Shown in pieces: positions 11,245-25,876 of a stretch of DNA of 64,000 nucleotides. Made by a program: the position numbers and the translations under genes. This stretch comes from Paragordius varius (taxonomy: Eukaryota > Animalia > Nematomorpha). The notes beneath the pieces were generated by a model. The model saw only the letters and a program-made list of their open reading frames with translations, was not told the origin of the DNA and did not search any database. Position 1 is the stretch's first letter; each line of letters begins with the position of its first letter. The DNA is taken from contig OZ176050.1 in assembly GCA_964247055.1 (NCBI GenBank), positions 11,780,001-11,844,000 on the forward strand, given 5' to 3'.

Positions 11245-14200
11245 TTAATGTTTTGAGTGTTTTTGAGTTCTCATATCACAAACTCGATGCCAAACTTCAA
11301 TCACTTGTTTTCGGAAGGGAAAATAATGATCTCGTTGAACCGTTCTAAGACCTGGGTATTTGGCAAATATATCACTTTTTAGCATAGTTGAAGGAGTCTT
11401 AGGTTCCAGGATGTAGATAACGCAAGCTAATGCAACCATACCTATGGCAATGACGGTAATTATTTTTCCCATCACTGATATATTGTTGGGATTATTGTGA
11501 TTATTAGAGATAATTCCAGATTTTGAGTTAATGTCTTTTGTATAGATAATGTTTTGAGTTGGTCCTATATTATCAGTATGGTTAGCTAGATCAGACTTAT
11601 TATTTGGATCGTAAGCGTCAGTTCCATTAGGTTTTGTTACGGTATTATGTATCCCAAACATTTTTGACATATAATGATTAATACTTTTATTAAACGATGA
11701 AAATATGGGGTTTTCATTACCCCATGGTGCTGTTAAAAATGAACCCTTACTAAGGCTATTTGCAGAGCGTTGATCCAACTTTGTTCCATTTTCACTCAAT
11801 TTCCAGCTATTATTATTATTGTACTGCTCAGGTGTCGAACTAGAAGAAACGCAAGGAATGTATGCCAAATTGAGTTTAGTGTTAGGTCCAGGTAAGTGGT
11901 CTCGTTTTTGACTTTGAAGTCGAAGTATTTCAGCATTTGCTTGTTTAAGTAATTCATCATCATCGAAGGGGACGGTTTCAACACTGGAAATATTATTAAG
12001 AGTTCTGTGTTCAGCGTTTGAAAGACAAGCTTTATCCGAATTAGGGAGTATGTGCATAGCAGTACCATTTTGAGTTGTTTTAATTTCATAACCATCTTTG
12101 TTTTGTGGGAGCAGTTTTGTTAGATTCTGTGTGACATAATTGGGTGGTGAAATTGGACGATCAGGACGACGGATTACATTTACTTTGAGGGGAGAAATAC
12201 TGTCAACATTATTGATTCTATATTACATTACATTCGCAATATAATATTATATGAAGAATTATTAAAAAATATAATTTAATTAATTTTAAAATAGATACCC
12301 CTTCTTTTCTGGTGTATTGGATGGAATTGATGGATAATAACTGCTAATTTGATTGGTAAATCCTCGGTTAAGGGAATCGTTAGTGCTTTTTATTGTATTA
12401 CACGTGGAATTTTGGCTTTCTAAGTAAGTTTGATAAATTTTGGGTGATGTAGTATTGTTAACACTGTCATTGTTTCCACCATAGGATCCAGGTGAATGAT
12501 TCAAAATACTGTAAACATTTCAAAAATAAATTAAATAAGATATAATACATTAATTAAAAACATGCATTAATAAATGGTTTCGCAATTAAACAAGTTTATT
12601 TGATCGAAAAATGCGACATGTCACAATCATAACTTATATCTTGTACAAAAAATATATAAGTGGTAAATTTAGTTTTCGTGACAAAGCAAAAAACACAATA
12701 GTAGAATTCAATAACCGATATCAATAGTTCGTAGAAAAAGAATTCGATATAACTTACATTAGTTTAAAAAAACATTTTTTTCAAATATAAATACAGATAA
12801 ATACCTATTGTCAAGTGTGGGTGGAGGCGGACGGCGAGGAGGCGTCAATGAATTCTTATTAGAACTAGTCTTTGTAGGAGAGGAATAGCTATAATTGGTA
12901 GTTTTTTCTGGGGTCATTTGATTTTCTACCAATTATAAAAAAGTTTTATACAAATATAGATTTAAATCTAAAGGGAAGGAAATGTTTGAAAAAAAACTTT
13001 TAAATCAAGAAAACAAACGTACCTATAAAAGAGGCCTTAGAAGGGCTCCCATTATACAATAAGCCCTGATTTGAGGTATCAGCGTCAACATTATGGTTAT
13101 AATGTTTAAAAGTTTCCAAAGATCTTTTTCGTTTGGAGGGTGTGACAACATCTTGCGAATTGCTATGGTCATGGCTCAATCCATTTTCTATGAAATAGTA
13201 AAAATGTGAAAATACGCATTTTAGAAAAATAATTTAAATCAAAGTTAATTATATATATGTGTGAAATTTAACTTTATATTTTTAACAACTCTATTTTATT
13301 TTAGAAAAGGTGTCGAAAACCCACGAAAGTTAGTAATTAACAAAATTATAATTGTCAATAGCAATACGTTGTATTTGTGGTTGATGGGGTTGAGAATCTG
13401 TAATGCTATTTTCAAATGTTATCGGTTTGGCTTGTTGTGAAAAATAACTGCCACCTGTGCGTCTCACAAAATTATTTGTAATGTTTTTGGTGAATGAAGG
13501 TTTTCTAACAACAAAAATATATAAATAATATCTAACGAAAATGCTTCCAAAATGAAATTATAGTAAAGCAGGGGTGTGCACTCCAATTTTTTGCGAAAGA
13601 TTTCAAAAATGCCAAATAAAATTAAAAAAATGTTATTTATAAAACCTAAGTAAAATTGATATTTTTTAACAACTTTGAATGTATCTGACAATGAAAAGGC
13701 AATAATTGTTAAATAAATGGTAGTTTTGTTGTGTTCCTAAATTGTTTTACAGTCTTAATGTTCAAATCAAATAAAATTATGATGGTCATATTTTTCGAAT
13801 TCGGCTGACAAAGTGGACATCCCTTTAATAAAGTATAATTAAGCGATTATATTTACCTAATGACAGTTGGCGCTTTTCTTGTCAGTGTTGATTTTTCGGA
13901 CACAGGACTTGTTACCTCTTTTTCTACGCGTCCACTTTACATAGAAAAAAAAATAGTATAAAAAATGTATTATATTTAACTAAATATAATCAGTATATAT
14001 CACAATTGAAAACGTAATGGATTATTAAAATTATTTTCATACATATATTTTCAATAATTTTTGATAGTAACATCTATCAATTTCACATACTAATGATTTA
14101 ATAATAATTAACAAAAACAAGATGACAAAATAAAAATAAACGGTCACTATCATTCAATACATGTGCACATTCTAAGAAATTATAAACTTTTAACAAACCT

Positions 14201-17200
14201 GTAGCGATATTTGGATCCACGGGTAAAAAAACCGCCACCAGAACGATGAGATTTAACTTCTCGCGAACTATGTAATCTATTGTTGCACAGATTATTTGAA
14301 AAATAGTAAAATGCCTTTATATTGCTTATAAAATCACTACATACATACCATTCACACCTCAAATTTACCCAACTTCAAATCCACCCCCTCTTTCAATTTA
14401 TATTTACCCCTGAATTCATATTCCCCCTAAAAATAAATAAAGTGTTTCAATGCTAATAATATACTCATCATAATGTGAAACATTTCTATATGGTATAGTT
14501 AATTTTGTTTAGTTTCAATTTCAAACGAAATTTCATTTTTATTACTAAATATAAAAAAGGAAAATTTAAATAATCGAAAACACATAATTTGTTTTAGGGT
14601 GAATTTAATTGTTTAAGGGAGAATTTGAGGAGTAAATGGTAAAATTTAATAAATTAAAATATGAGCTAACTGAAAAAAGTCCCTTTGCTCGATCGAACAT
14701 TTCCAAGCATGTTTACAGGAGGCTTGGGTTGGACATTTAAATCCGACCACGTGTGATTTCTAAAATAGTTTTGGGCGTAAAAATATGTATTAATATAAAA
14801 TTTAAAAATCAAATATTCCTTTAATTATCGAAAAATATTAAAAAAATATTTGTTAAGAAACTCATTATTAATCTTATGAGATGCATTTAAATCAGGACTT
14901 GGAACCGGTTCCTGAGATTTTGGAACCGGAACCGGGGTGGTTCCTGAACAAATGGAACCGGAACCGCTTTGGTTCCATAAAAATTTAGCAGTTAACCGGT
15001 TCTTTACATTTAGAACCGGTTCCATTTTCGGTTCTGACTTTTGATTAAATGATTTTACAAATAATACAACCAAAATATTAACAATTATGAATCACACAAT
15101 AAATTGCCAAATAAAAAAATAAGTGTTAAATTAAGTGTGGCATCTAAAAAATCTTTAGTTAAAAAAATTATTCCACCAAGCAATTCGCTAATCAAACTGC
15201 TTCTCATCTGAAAATATGAAATTATAGGATGGAAAAAGCTTTTCAACGGAGACCTATAACTACGAACATATGTATTATAAATAAACTTGAGTTATGACTG
15301 TTAGTTTTTTAAAACAGCCGAATCGCCCAAAACTTAGAGAGTATCGCTAATATAATATTAGGGGCTTAGTTTTAGGTTTATAGTATGTAATATATACTGG
15401 TAAAATCAAATTATAATAAAATAACATTTTTATAATAAAATTCATATGGAAACCAATAATTAAGGGGGTAGAACCGGAACCGGGTTGGTTCCTGAACGGT
15501 TAAAACCATCCTGGGGAAATGAAACCGGAACCGCATTGGTTCTATCCCAATAGAACCGGTTCTTGTTAAAATCCCAGGAACCGGGTTCTGGTTCCATGCG
15601 GTTCCGGTTCCAAGCCCTGATTTAAATATGAAAATATTTTTTCTTGATAAAAATAGACAATTTTAAATTAATTAATAAACCTTATCAAGTATGAGATGGA
15701 TGACAAATGTTTTACCGTCAAATTCCAACTTTTTGATATCAGACCTAAATTAAATCATTAATTTATAATAATAGCAGATATTTAAATTTTCACAAAAAAA
15801 TTAAAAATATTGACTATAACAATAATATTTTGTAATTTTCCGACTAACCATTTAAAATGGTGAAGTTTGGTTCCACTTTGAAATGTCATAATGCCAGAAT
15901 AATTAATTCCCAAATACATATGATTCCCCTTTTGATCCTAAATATATTAAAATATAAAAAATTAATATATTAAAAAAATACGTTAAAAAATAAATACTAA
16001 AAAGTTTAAAAAAGCATTACTTTAACAGGAAATGGATCAATCCCGTATGTTTCAAGTTTGGAGGCTAACCTTAAAAAATTTTCTTCAGCCACTGAAGGAA
16101 CTTGACCCCTAAAATAATAAGGAAAAATAAATATTTAAACAAAAGTAATGTGCAAAATTGGCTATTATCTTTTGCATTTTGTCAAAGGTAAATATATAAT
16201 TTAAAAATATTATTACATGTCCTCACTGATGCTATATGTCTATAATTTGCTATTTCTATATTGAACGAAAACCTTAAAAAACAATAATTTTGATTATTAA
16301 TAAGAAAAATCCACCACCGCATTATTATTTTAACAGAGACTTTATGGTAGCGATTAACAACGTTAACGAAACCTTATTAAATTATATGAGTTTACTGTAA
16401 AGTTTTGTGATATTCAGCAATTTTTTCCTCCAATTTTGGTGTTTGTTTCAATAAAAGCTTGTATTGAGAAACATAACCACTTGGCATTTCGTCAGCATCG
16501 TAATCCCCGATTTCGGCTGTAAATTATTATTAGAAATTCTTTAAAAATTTGATGAAAAAAAAATCAAAATGTTACCAAAGTTTAAAAAACTACAATAATA
16601 CTATAATAAGTAATAGCTGGAAAAATCTATTTTTCAATAATCGCAGCTCATAAATTATTTATATATATAATATATGAAATTATTATTCATGTGTCCTTTC
16701 TCCTTATAATGTGAGTGTCGAGTTTTTAATGTATAACCACACTTATGATAAATGATATATATCGATTATTTGAAAAAAAAGAATGTTTACAACTACAAAA
16801 ACATAAATTTATGGAGAAAAATTCATTTTGAATTCTATCTATAAGATTTTTCTTAAGTACATTGGGCACCGTAAAAAGTCGTATTTTTAAACATCATCCA
16901 ATTGTGAAAGCGTAAAAATTCATGCATATTTCCAGACAATATATCTAGTTTTTAATTATTTGGCTTTAAAAAGAATCAAAAACAATAAAATTGTGATATT
17001 TTTCATTATTCCCATTTATTTTGCAGTATAACGAATTTTCGTTTAAAAAATAGCTGCATTTAAAATTATAATAAATTTGTTGATGTATGCATCCAAATTT
17101 ACGAATTTTGATTAATCTATAATATTAATATGATTATTGAATAAAATTGAATATAAAATTTCGACAATATAGTAATTTGCTTAAATACTATTCCTATAAT

Positions 17201-20200
17201 TATCGGAATTACATTAAAGGGCACTGTATTTATAAAAGCATACCTTGGAGTATGTATGCAGCTAATAATGAACTATCAACTGTAACTAAACCATTGAGCT
17301 TAGAATCTTCAGAAGGTTGATGTACATTAGTTTGAGTGGATAAACGCCCATGCAATAAATCACGACGGAGTTGGGAAAATAATAAATATCTGTATAGACC
17401 AAAAAAAGACATATTATTTATTTTATACAAAATATTTTTTTAACAAAATCAATTTGATTATGTTTTTAATAATATGGAATCAAATAATTTTAAAAAAATG
17501 TAAATTTTGTGAAATACAGTCTAAAGTGTATAATTTTTTTGAATGAAATCTGTATAAAAATAAGAAAATAGAGTCATTTTAGATAATTAGGCATCAGAAT
17601 GGCTTTATTTGTATAAATAAGAAGTTATTTCGGATCTAAAAAATGCAAAATAGAATTACTTTGTTATTTCTTCCTGTAATTTATCAGGTTGGGGCGGATA
17701 AAATCGAACACGAAAACAAAGTACGAAAGGCGAAACATCTATGATTATATTTAAACCGTATTTTACTACAAATGCTAATAAATAAATATTTGTAAATATA
17801 GAGAAACTAACGAAAATAATGAAAATTAATCCAGAAATAATATTAAATTTGGTGAAAACAAAAAAGTTTATTACTTCGCAATTGTCGGGCCAGCGGTTTA
17901 GCCGGATCAACCCAATTCTACAATATAGTTTGAAATGATATATACCATTAACAATTCAAATTCACCTTTAAACAATACAAATACACCCTCGAACAATTTA
18001 AATTCACCCTAAAATAAATTGTGTTTTCGGGCTAATATAATTCATCATTAATAAGAGAAATATATCTTTATGGCATAGTTTTCTATTTTAATATTATTTT
18101 AATTTTAAACAAAATTTTAATTTTTAAAAATATAAAAAATATAAGTAATTTTTTATCTTAATTTTTTTATTTATTTTAGGGTAAATATGAATTGTTAAAG
18201 GGTGAATTTGAATGTTAAAGGGTAATATTGAATTCTAAATGGTATATATGGTGTTTATAGCTCAAAAAAATGTTTTGTTAAAGAAGATATAAGATAGATT
18301 TACTCGCTGTTTATTGCTTTCCATGTATCTCAGCCCAAAATAATCCCTTTCTAGGAGATCTAAACGCTGGCCAACGTAATCTAAAACGGCTTGACCCAAT
18401 GTTTTATCCTAAATATTCATATAAAAAATAATTTATTTACCCTCGATATCTGTTTAAAAATGTAAAAATATATATGCTACTACTTCAACGAAACTCTTTA
18501 AATAAGGCAATACAAACTCAGCATAGCAACTGAACTCAAATATGTATTAAATAGTCGTTTAATAAATTGGTCATAAAAAAACAATAGGTGATATTAAATC
18601 AGTTAGATTTGATCTAAAAAATTATAGTTATATTGAGACTCCGCTATTCATTTATGATTTAAATAATTTAATTTATATACAGTCGTGTGTATTTGTGAAT
18701 AATCACAAACATAAGTAGATATAAATCTTAAACGCAGCATATTTTACCGATGCAAAAAATCGATATAACCATATTTATTCAAAAAGATATATGGTATCAT
18801 ATAAAGTGTTACGATACATTTTTACAAAATGCATTTTCATGTCACAAAATGCCATAAAAAGGCGGACAAAGGGGTATATTTATATAATTAATTTATCTTT
18901 ATTTTTTATTATATAATTATGATCTTATATATATAATTTATAAACGAATGAAATAAAAAATAAATTTTATGAAACTAGATAAATTAGGCTGTCATCGGCA
19001 GTGTATATCTTTCAAAAAAAAGCTCCACCTTTAAAACAATAATTAATTAATTGATTGATAAAATTTTATCGTTTTCATAAATCAATTAATTAATTATTGG
19101 TTTGGGCGGTGTGCGTAACTAATATGGCTTAAATAATCAGACGATCACTCTATAAATTAATTATAAATAATTGAAGATTACGTATTAAGGTATTAGAGTA
19201 TATTTAATATAAAAAAATTGTTTTTTTTGAAGGCGCTATATGAGCAATTTCGTTTAGATTAATACTATAGTCAAAATTAATATTAGAATCCTCGACCTAT
19301 TGATATGGTATTTTAGCACCCAAAAATAAATTGGTTTTCCCTTAGTGTGTTTGTCTATTTTTACAGTAAAGGTGATGTACTCTTTCTAAAGGCATGTACC
19401 GTCATTATGTTTTATATTAGGATTATTAAAAAAATAATTATGTATACGCAGTCTAAAATGCCTATACACGCCACTTTATAATGTCAATGAACTCCGTAAT
19501 ATGAAGTAGACTGTGACAATCCCTTGATAATAATTATTTTACATTACAATGTATTAAAAATAATAAAGGACATTTTGATGTTCATTGGTGAAACTAATAA
19601 ATATTTTACAAGGTATGCGTGTGGTGGGGCCTTACCTATGATGTAAAAAGAATGGATTCAATACAGTCACGAAATCTATTACCGGCTATTTCGGTATTTA
19701 ATCGATTAAAAAAGATTTTAATTTATTTGTCTGTTGCCATGTACATTTTAAAAATTATGGAAAAAAGCATGAATAAACATACATGTTAATTCAGTTGTTA
19801 GCCAATTAACAATTCGATTCAAATTGGGGTATCAAAATACCCCAGACTAAATTTGAGTTAGGAATTTTAAAAAACTAATGAAGGACACGGTCCGAATTTA
19901 AATTTATACTTCTATCCTAATAAAAATTATATAAATATGCCGAAATATCTAAATAATTTCGTTTTGAATAAAAAAGTTCCATGTCAAACAACTTCCACGC
20001 CATTTTTATTTTACAATCTTCTTCAAATTTTAAGGGTAAAATTAAGGCTAATTTTTTATTTAAATTACATCTAACATTGATAGAATAGAAAAAGCGGTTT
20101 ATTTTGTATTATTCTTCAATTTTATCATTGCACACATGTCACGTTGACTAAATTTTTACCTTTCAGTTTTAGCTTAAAATAAGTTATATCAAGTATTTTT

Positions 20201-22754
20201 GAATAAAATTTTTTATATATTTCGGTTTATTAATCCTATATAAGTGCAAAAATTTTGCCATGGTTACGATTCCTTCCATATTGCCTGGGATATTTAACTA
20301 CCCCAATTTGAATCGAAGGACTAAAATGAATGTGTTTATCCAAGTGTTAAAAACCGAATTGGCCAATAATTCTGGTATTTTCAATTTTGTTGATCATTAA
20401 ATTGAAAAAAATGTGTATTTTATATTGTAATCAAGCACACATTTTTAAAATATTAAAAATCATTTAATCCTTTCTATGAAGTTAGAAACCAAAAAATGAT
20501 AAATATTTTGTATAAAAAATAAAAAATGCTTTGTAGAAATCTGCGTAAACTATGTTCAAAAATAAGATAAAATTTTAAGTTAATGCGATCATCCATTAAA
20601 AGTGTAAATAAATGGGCTGGTATTTAGCTAGCAAAATAAAAATTATTTTGTGCGGGGAAGAACAAAAAAATCTTAAAAAGATCTATTTGAAATCTTAACT
20701 ACAATGTTTACTGATTTGTTTATATTGTTTTTGAAAAATTAAGTTTTAAATGTAAATTTTAGGTTATTTTGCCATAAATATAAATCCGTAGGAACAGAAA
20801 TCAATACCATTCGACCAAAAAAAAACAATAAACCCAAATGGGAATTTAATTATATTTTGCAATTTCGACCGGACTATTAGGGAAGAAAGGTTTAATAAAA
20901 AGTGTATATGTGGAATTGAAAGTAAAAATAAAAAATTGATTTTACAAGGTCCGAGAAAAACGCTGATTTCTACAAAAAGCACTGGAAATTATGAGTCAGT
21001 TCAGTTTGATAGAATATAAGTATTGGCTATAGACGTAATTATACGCGTTTAATTAGCTAATGTAACTAATACACTAGACCTTTATCATTTTTTTAAATTT
21101 ATATTAATATATGATAAATTATGTATGTTTTAATCGCATTATAATCTAAATATTTCCCATAAATGTACATTGGAAGGACTAAAAATCAATAAAATAACAT
21201 ATAAGTACCACCAGATGGGTAAATTGGGCAAACGGTGTAATATCTATAATTAATACAACCGTAATTTTATCTCATATCTATATTCAATTATAATAATAAT
21301 TGGTATATATTTTGGTAAAAAAATGTACTTTTCAAAAGTATCTAAATGTTGGTTAAAATAAACACTATAAAGATTATTTTTTGAACCACATTTAAGTGGT
21401 AGATTAGCGGATTTAAAATACGCTTTAAAGCAAAAACTTGGAAATCTCTAATGTAGGATCGTGACTGAAATATGGTATTTTTTATAACTTTATACAAAAA
21501 ATTCTATTATACGAGTTTAATGACAAAAGACATATATATCTCTCTATCTTATAAACAAGATAATAAAAAATTAATATATAAAACGAAAAAAAATTTAAAT
21601 GGTCAACCTTGACAATATATCAAAAAAACGTACAAATTCATGCGCAACAAAAGCAATAAAAGAGTTGAAAAAAACATTGATAAGGCTAGTAAATATACTA
21701 TCTAATAAACGAAATAATTTGAACGCGGATATAACGGATTTTTTTAAAAATAAATATGTATTTACAAAAAAATAACGATTTATTACAGAAATATTTCAAT
21801 TAAATACGTTGAAACACTATGATTAATTATTATTATTACGATTAAAATTAACCAAATTTTAATTTATATTCAAACTTAAACTTATTAACAATTTATCCCT
21901 ACCATATGGATTATAGATTAATAAATTTTAAGTAATTCTTTCCCAAGTTTGACTTTATATACTACCTTATTCTTTACAGTTTAATTAACTGTACTTTAAG
22001 AAATAAACTCAATATAAAAAATTTTTCAAATAAATCGAGTAAATAAATTAAACCCAAAAATATTTTTTAAGACCTATTGTGAAAAAACATTAGTCTAAAC
22101 TTGTTAAATTAAAGTTGGTTTGCAAAAAAGTCGACCGAATGTCTTTTATCAAAAACAGTGAAAAAATAAAAAAATCTCAAAAGAATATTTTTAAAAAAAT
22201 ATAATTATAAAAAAAGTCGGCGGCACGAAATTTTATAAAAAAATTTATTATATATAAGTTAAGTAAACTAATTAATTTTATATATGTATGCTACGTATTT
22301 GACATGAAAAAATTGAAAAATACTTTTTTTATCAAATATATATAATCACAAATTGAATTTCAATTGTTTAAAACTTAAAGTTATGAATAATAATACATAT
22401 AAGAAAAGGGAATAAAATACAATTTGTCATAAAAGGAATATATGATTACTCAACAATTTAATATGGTTAATATATATTTAAAAAGGTTAATGCAAGCTTT
22501 GAAAACTATATCATTTCAAACAAAAAAATGAGTAAATCAAAATTTGCTTTTTAAAATTAATATAGTAATTATAATTACGTAGATGTTTGAGTATAAAAAG
22601 TAAAATTGTTTTTAATGTTTAATAAGGATAATTAAAAAATTACCGTAAATTCGTATGATAAGGTTTCACTATCGTCTAATAACCGAATTGTGCATTTATA
22701 AACGGTCGATGTAGGAGATCCATCATTCTTGATAATTTTAGAAAATAATTTCAT
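11245..22754 (-). CDS. FRMD5: FERM domain-containing protein, FRMD5/FRMD3-like, with FA domain and C-terminal transmembrane helix (~898 aa)
   Basis: 17 phase-consistent exons: 22754-22644 (ATG), 18408-18304, 17917-17875, 17738-17660, 17389-17244, 16516-16396, 16108-16021, 15937-15849, 15744-15681, 14759-14671, 14276-14199, 13934-13857, 13504-13368, 13187-13023, 12925-12805, 12508-12299, 12217-11245 (TAA); total 2697 nt. Motifs: CTIRLLDD, LLERDYFGLR, FRVRFYP..P..LQEEITKYL, LLAAYILQAEIGDYD, LETYGIDP, CKHAWKC, FFTRGSKYRYSGRVEKEV (FA domain), hydrophobic IITVIAIGMVALACVIYIL followed by HYFPFR, as in the FRMD3/5 tail. Confidence 0.92.
14344..14642. mobile_element. MITE family M1, copy in FERM-gene intron 10
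   Basis: cataccattcacacctcaaatttaccc ... gggtgaatttaattgtttaagggagaatttgaggagtaaatggta; diverged copy. Confidence 0.75.
14893..15619. mobile_element. non-autonomous hAT element (family M2) with perfect 8-bp TSD
   Basis: TIRs caggacttggaaccgg / ccggttccaagccctg; TSD atttaaat at 14885-14892 and 15620-15627; subterminal GGAACC/GGTTCC arrays. Confidence 0.9.
17941..18246. mobile_element. MITE family M1, copy in FERM-gene intron 2
   Basis: tataccattaacaattcaaattcacc ... gggtgaatttgaatg...gaattctaaatggtata; three subrepeats per TIR. Confidence 0.85.
19810..20346. mobile_element. piggyBac-like MITE family M3 (reverse orientation) in FERM-gene intron 1
   Basis: TTAA at 19806-19809 and 20347-20350; ends caattcgattcaaattggggta / ccccaatttgaatcgaagg...ccaagtg. 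Confidence 0.88.
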
Positions 22755-24907
22755 GCTTGAAGCGAAAATTTAAAATCGAACCAAACTGTGAAGCGTTATA
22801 AATTTGTAGAAATAAATATGTGCAGATACCGAATAAAAAACATGGAATTATATGAAATTGTGATACTATTAGATAATACATTTAAATATTTTTCTTAAAA
22901 TAATATTTTTTTTGTGTCGTAGTTGTTAGTAAATTAAACTATTCTAACACAGGTAATATCCAAATTAAGTGTATTTTTATTAACTAATTGGTAAATATAG
23001 AATAATTTGAATATCTGATATGGCTTATTTAAGATACTAGATAGCAGATCTTGCGCTGTGTAAACATTTTTTATGATAAACTTAAGCTATGATTTTTACA
23101 GAATTTACCAATCGTTTTTATCAAAAGCACCTATTTTGGGAAAATCATGAAGTTATGTGCTTTAAAAAATTATCTTATACACAGCATATGTGGTTCTTTT
23201 GGTTTTGACTCTTACAGGGATACTTTTGTGATCTATCAGAATATGGTAAAATCACACACATTTTGTCAAACAAAATATTTTCGGTGAAGGCTAACTGCTT
23301 CATTCCATTGACACTAAAATATATCACATCATATATTTAAAAAGTAAAAATGCTCCAAAAGTGTCAACTAGTCGGACCTCCAAAATGGGCAAGTTCTTTA
23401 GAAATAAAAGCAATGCTGAGTTGCGCGATAAAAACAAATATATAATTTAAACAAAAATCCATAAAAATGGTTGGTAGAAACGGTAAAACCCCCAATGTCT
23501 TATAAATACATTTTCTTAATTCAATGATGCTGATTATTTCCAATACATCAAATTTTAAATTAAAGGCTTTTAGCATTTTTTCCTAGTTTGCATTTTAAGG
23601 TAGTTTTATATCCCAGGGCTCAATTTTGTAAACCTACAGTCTTGAAAGTTATTTTAGTAAAATTTATTTATCAACCATTTTTCTCATTAAATAGATAAAA
23701 GCTTGTACACGGTTTTGCGAGTTCCAGAGTCTAAAATTGTGACACCTCCAAAACTTGATTTAAACAAACAACTAATATTAAATCATAATATATCAACTTT
23801 TTGCTGGAATGTTGGCCGAAAGCTTTTTAAAGTTAATTAACATTTTCTAACCATAAAATACAATATTTTGCCTGTTGCATTAGCGATTTAAAAAATTTAT
23901 AGAAAAAATGGCAACACAAAAGTTTGAGATATTTTAATAATTTTATATTTTTTAAATATTTATGTATTATGCACCTAAAAAGCTAAAAACAGCATAATTT
24001 TTAATTTGGCTCGATACCTTAAATACCTTTTAAGATAGTTAAATTTTATATCGCTATACATTTAAAACTACCCCAAAAGGTGATGCACTGGTTGAGTGAT
24101 TTTTTGTAAAGCAATTTACGAATATCAAATATTTTGAGGTGATGATGTTCAGCATCATGAGTTATATAGAAAAAGTATTTTATAATATTTAAAGCCTTTT
24201 TATACCGTTTACATCATACCTCAAAAAGTAAAAACTACACATCTAAAAAATTTTGGTAAAAATTTTTTAAAAATATTTTTTTATTGCTATAATCTTTAAT
24301 AATTATATTTATTGCTCAATCTGGGCATTTCTGCTTTTATTTAAAGTAGCCCATTAAAAAAGCAAAAATTTCGGTCCGAAGCCGACATCTAATAAATTTT
24401 ATAAAAATATTGTATTGGTTTTTATATATTTTTTATGATATATTTTATTGATATTTTTTGGTTTAAAGCATTTAGCTTTCACCAAAAATAAGTTAATATA
24501 ACAAAATGCGGTATTTTGCCATTTTCTTATGAGCATTACCACAAAAGTGTAAATAATTTTCTTTTCGTAGGGCCCAAATCTAACACCATGTATTTTATAT
24601 GCGCTTTGTTTTATTAAAAATTGAGCAGTTATGAAAGAATACGAAGTTATTATATTCAATAATTCAGGATATGAATTAGAGTGTCACAAAAATTAGTTTT
24701 ACACCTTTACGGTTTGTGTTATAAACCAATCTGAACATTAAGCCTAAATGACAATTGCAAACTTTTGACAGATGCCAAATCTAAAAGATACAATCTATAT
24801 AGCGAATGAATCATATTGGGGTTCTAAAATTCCAAACAAATAATTAATTCTGATTTTAAAAATGCATGTTTTTGTGGGTTATATTTTTAGGGTTTACGCG
24901 TCAATTA

Positions 24908-25876
24908 TACTGAACAACAAATTTTTGCCATTCGAGTTTTTTGCATTTTCTGATATGTATTCTTTTAACAGTAAATCTGAAATAAAAATTATAATTCCAC
25001 CAAAAAATTTCTAATTTGATTTTCTATGATTATGCGCTCTATTTATCAAAATTTTAATAAAAATGTTTTTTTAAAAATATACAACAAATGCCCATTTGTA
25101 ATATATCAATCAATTGAAACGAGAGCGTTTTTCTTAATGAATATATTTTAAATAGTAATGGATGAAAATATCTCAAGATGACAATGAATGTCCAAAAAAG
25201 ATTACCCACAAAACTTTATTGGATTAAAGCACTTATTTATTGCTATGTCATTCAAAAATCCATTTTTAATTTTTTGTTATTTAAAAAAATGCCATCATAT
25301 CAATTATTTTCTTTAGAAGGCTTATGATTTCTAAATTTACAGACAATAGATATAATTCAAGGTATGTTTGATCTTTATCCATTATAAAAGAAATTTACAG
25401 CAATAAGTATGCATTGTAGTATCCACTAGGTAAAATTATTTTTTATAAAAAAAACATACCAAATGCTTTTTCAATTTTTTTTATATTTAACCAATACAAA
25501 AATTATGTTAAAATAATTTATATGATTTTTAAATTAGTTTGTCTGTGAAAATTTTGACCTTTTTAGGGGTAATATTTTGACCATACTAAAACTTTTGCAT
25601 CACATTTATTTTAATGACTATTTTTAATGACTAAATACGATTGGAAAGATTCAGTTTTTTGCGCTCTTTAGAATGATATTACATGGCTCTATCTGAAACT
25701 TTTAATTTTAAAAATTTCGAATTTTATATCAAATCGGGCCAAAAAATTTCGATAAACCTAATAAAAAAAATTCTTAGGTGTTAAACCAATTATTTTTCAG
25801 ATATACTATTTATGTACTTTATAAAGTAAATTTTAAAATTAAAAGTATGGCACTTAAAAAAGTCAATTTGTCTAGT
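24908..25876. mobile_element. CACTA-like non-autonomous element family M4, diverged copy
   Basis: Starts tactgaacaacaaatttttgccattcgag and is collinear with the copy at 53833-54772; ends eroded, TSD not clear. Confidence 0.75.

Noticed and set aside
11796-12095. 99-aa minus-strand ORF overlapping the last FERM exon
   Set aside because: Alternative frame of a real exon, with no independent start or splice support.
13454-13464. Apparent need for a rare GAG acceptor in FERM exon 13
   Set aside because: A canonical pyrimidine-rich TAG acceptor 42 nt upstream (exon start 13504) keeps the frame open.
14893-15619. GGAACC arrays as a possible CRISPR or telomere-like repeat
   Set aside because: Irregular subterminal repeats inside a TIR/TSD-bounded hAT MITE; no constant repeat-spacer period and no cas genes in a eukaryotic context.
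19480-19800. KVCVWW fragment suggesting a mariner remnant in FERM intron 1
   Set aside because: One short motif only; flanking catalytic motifs not recoverable.
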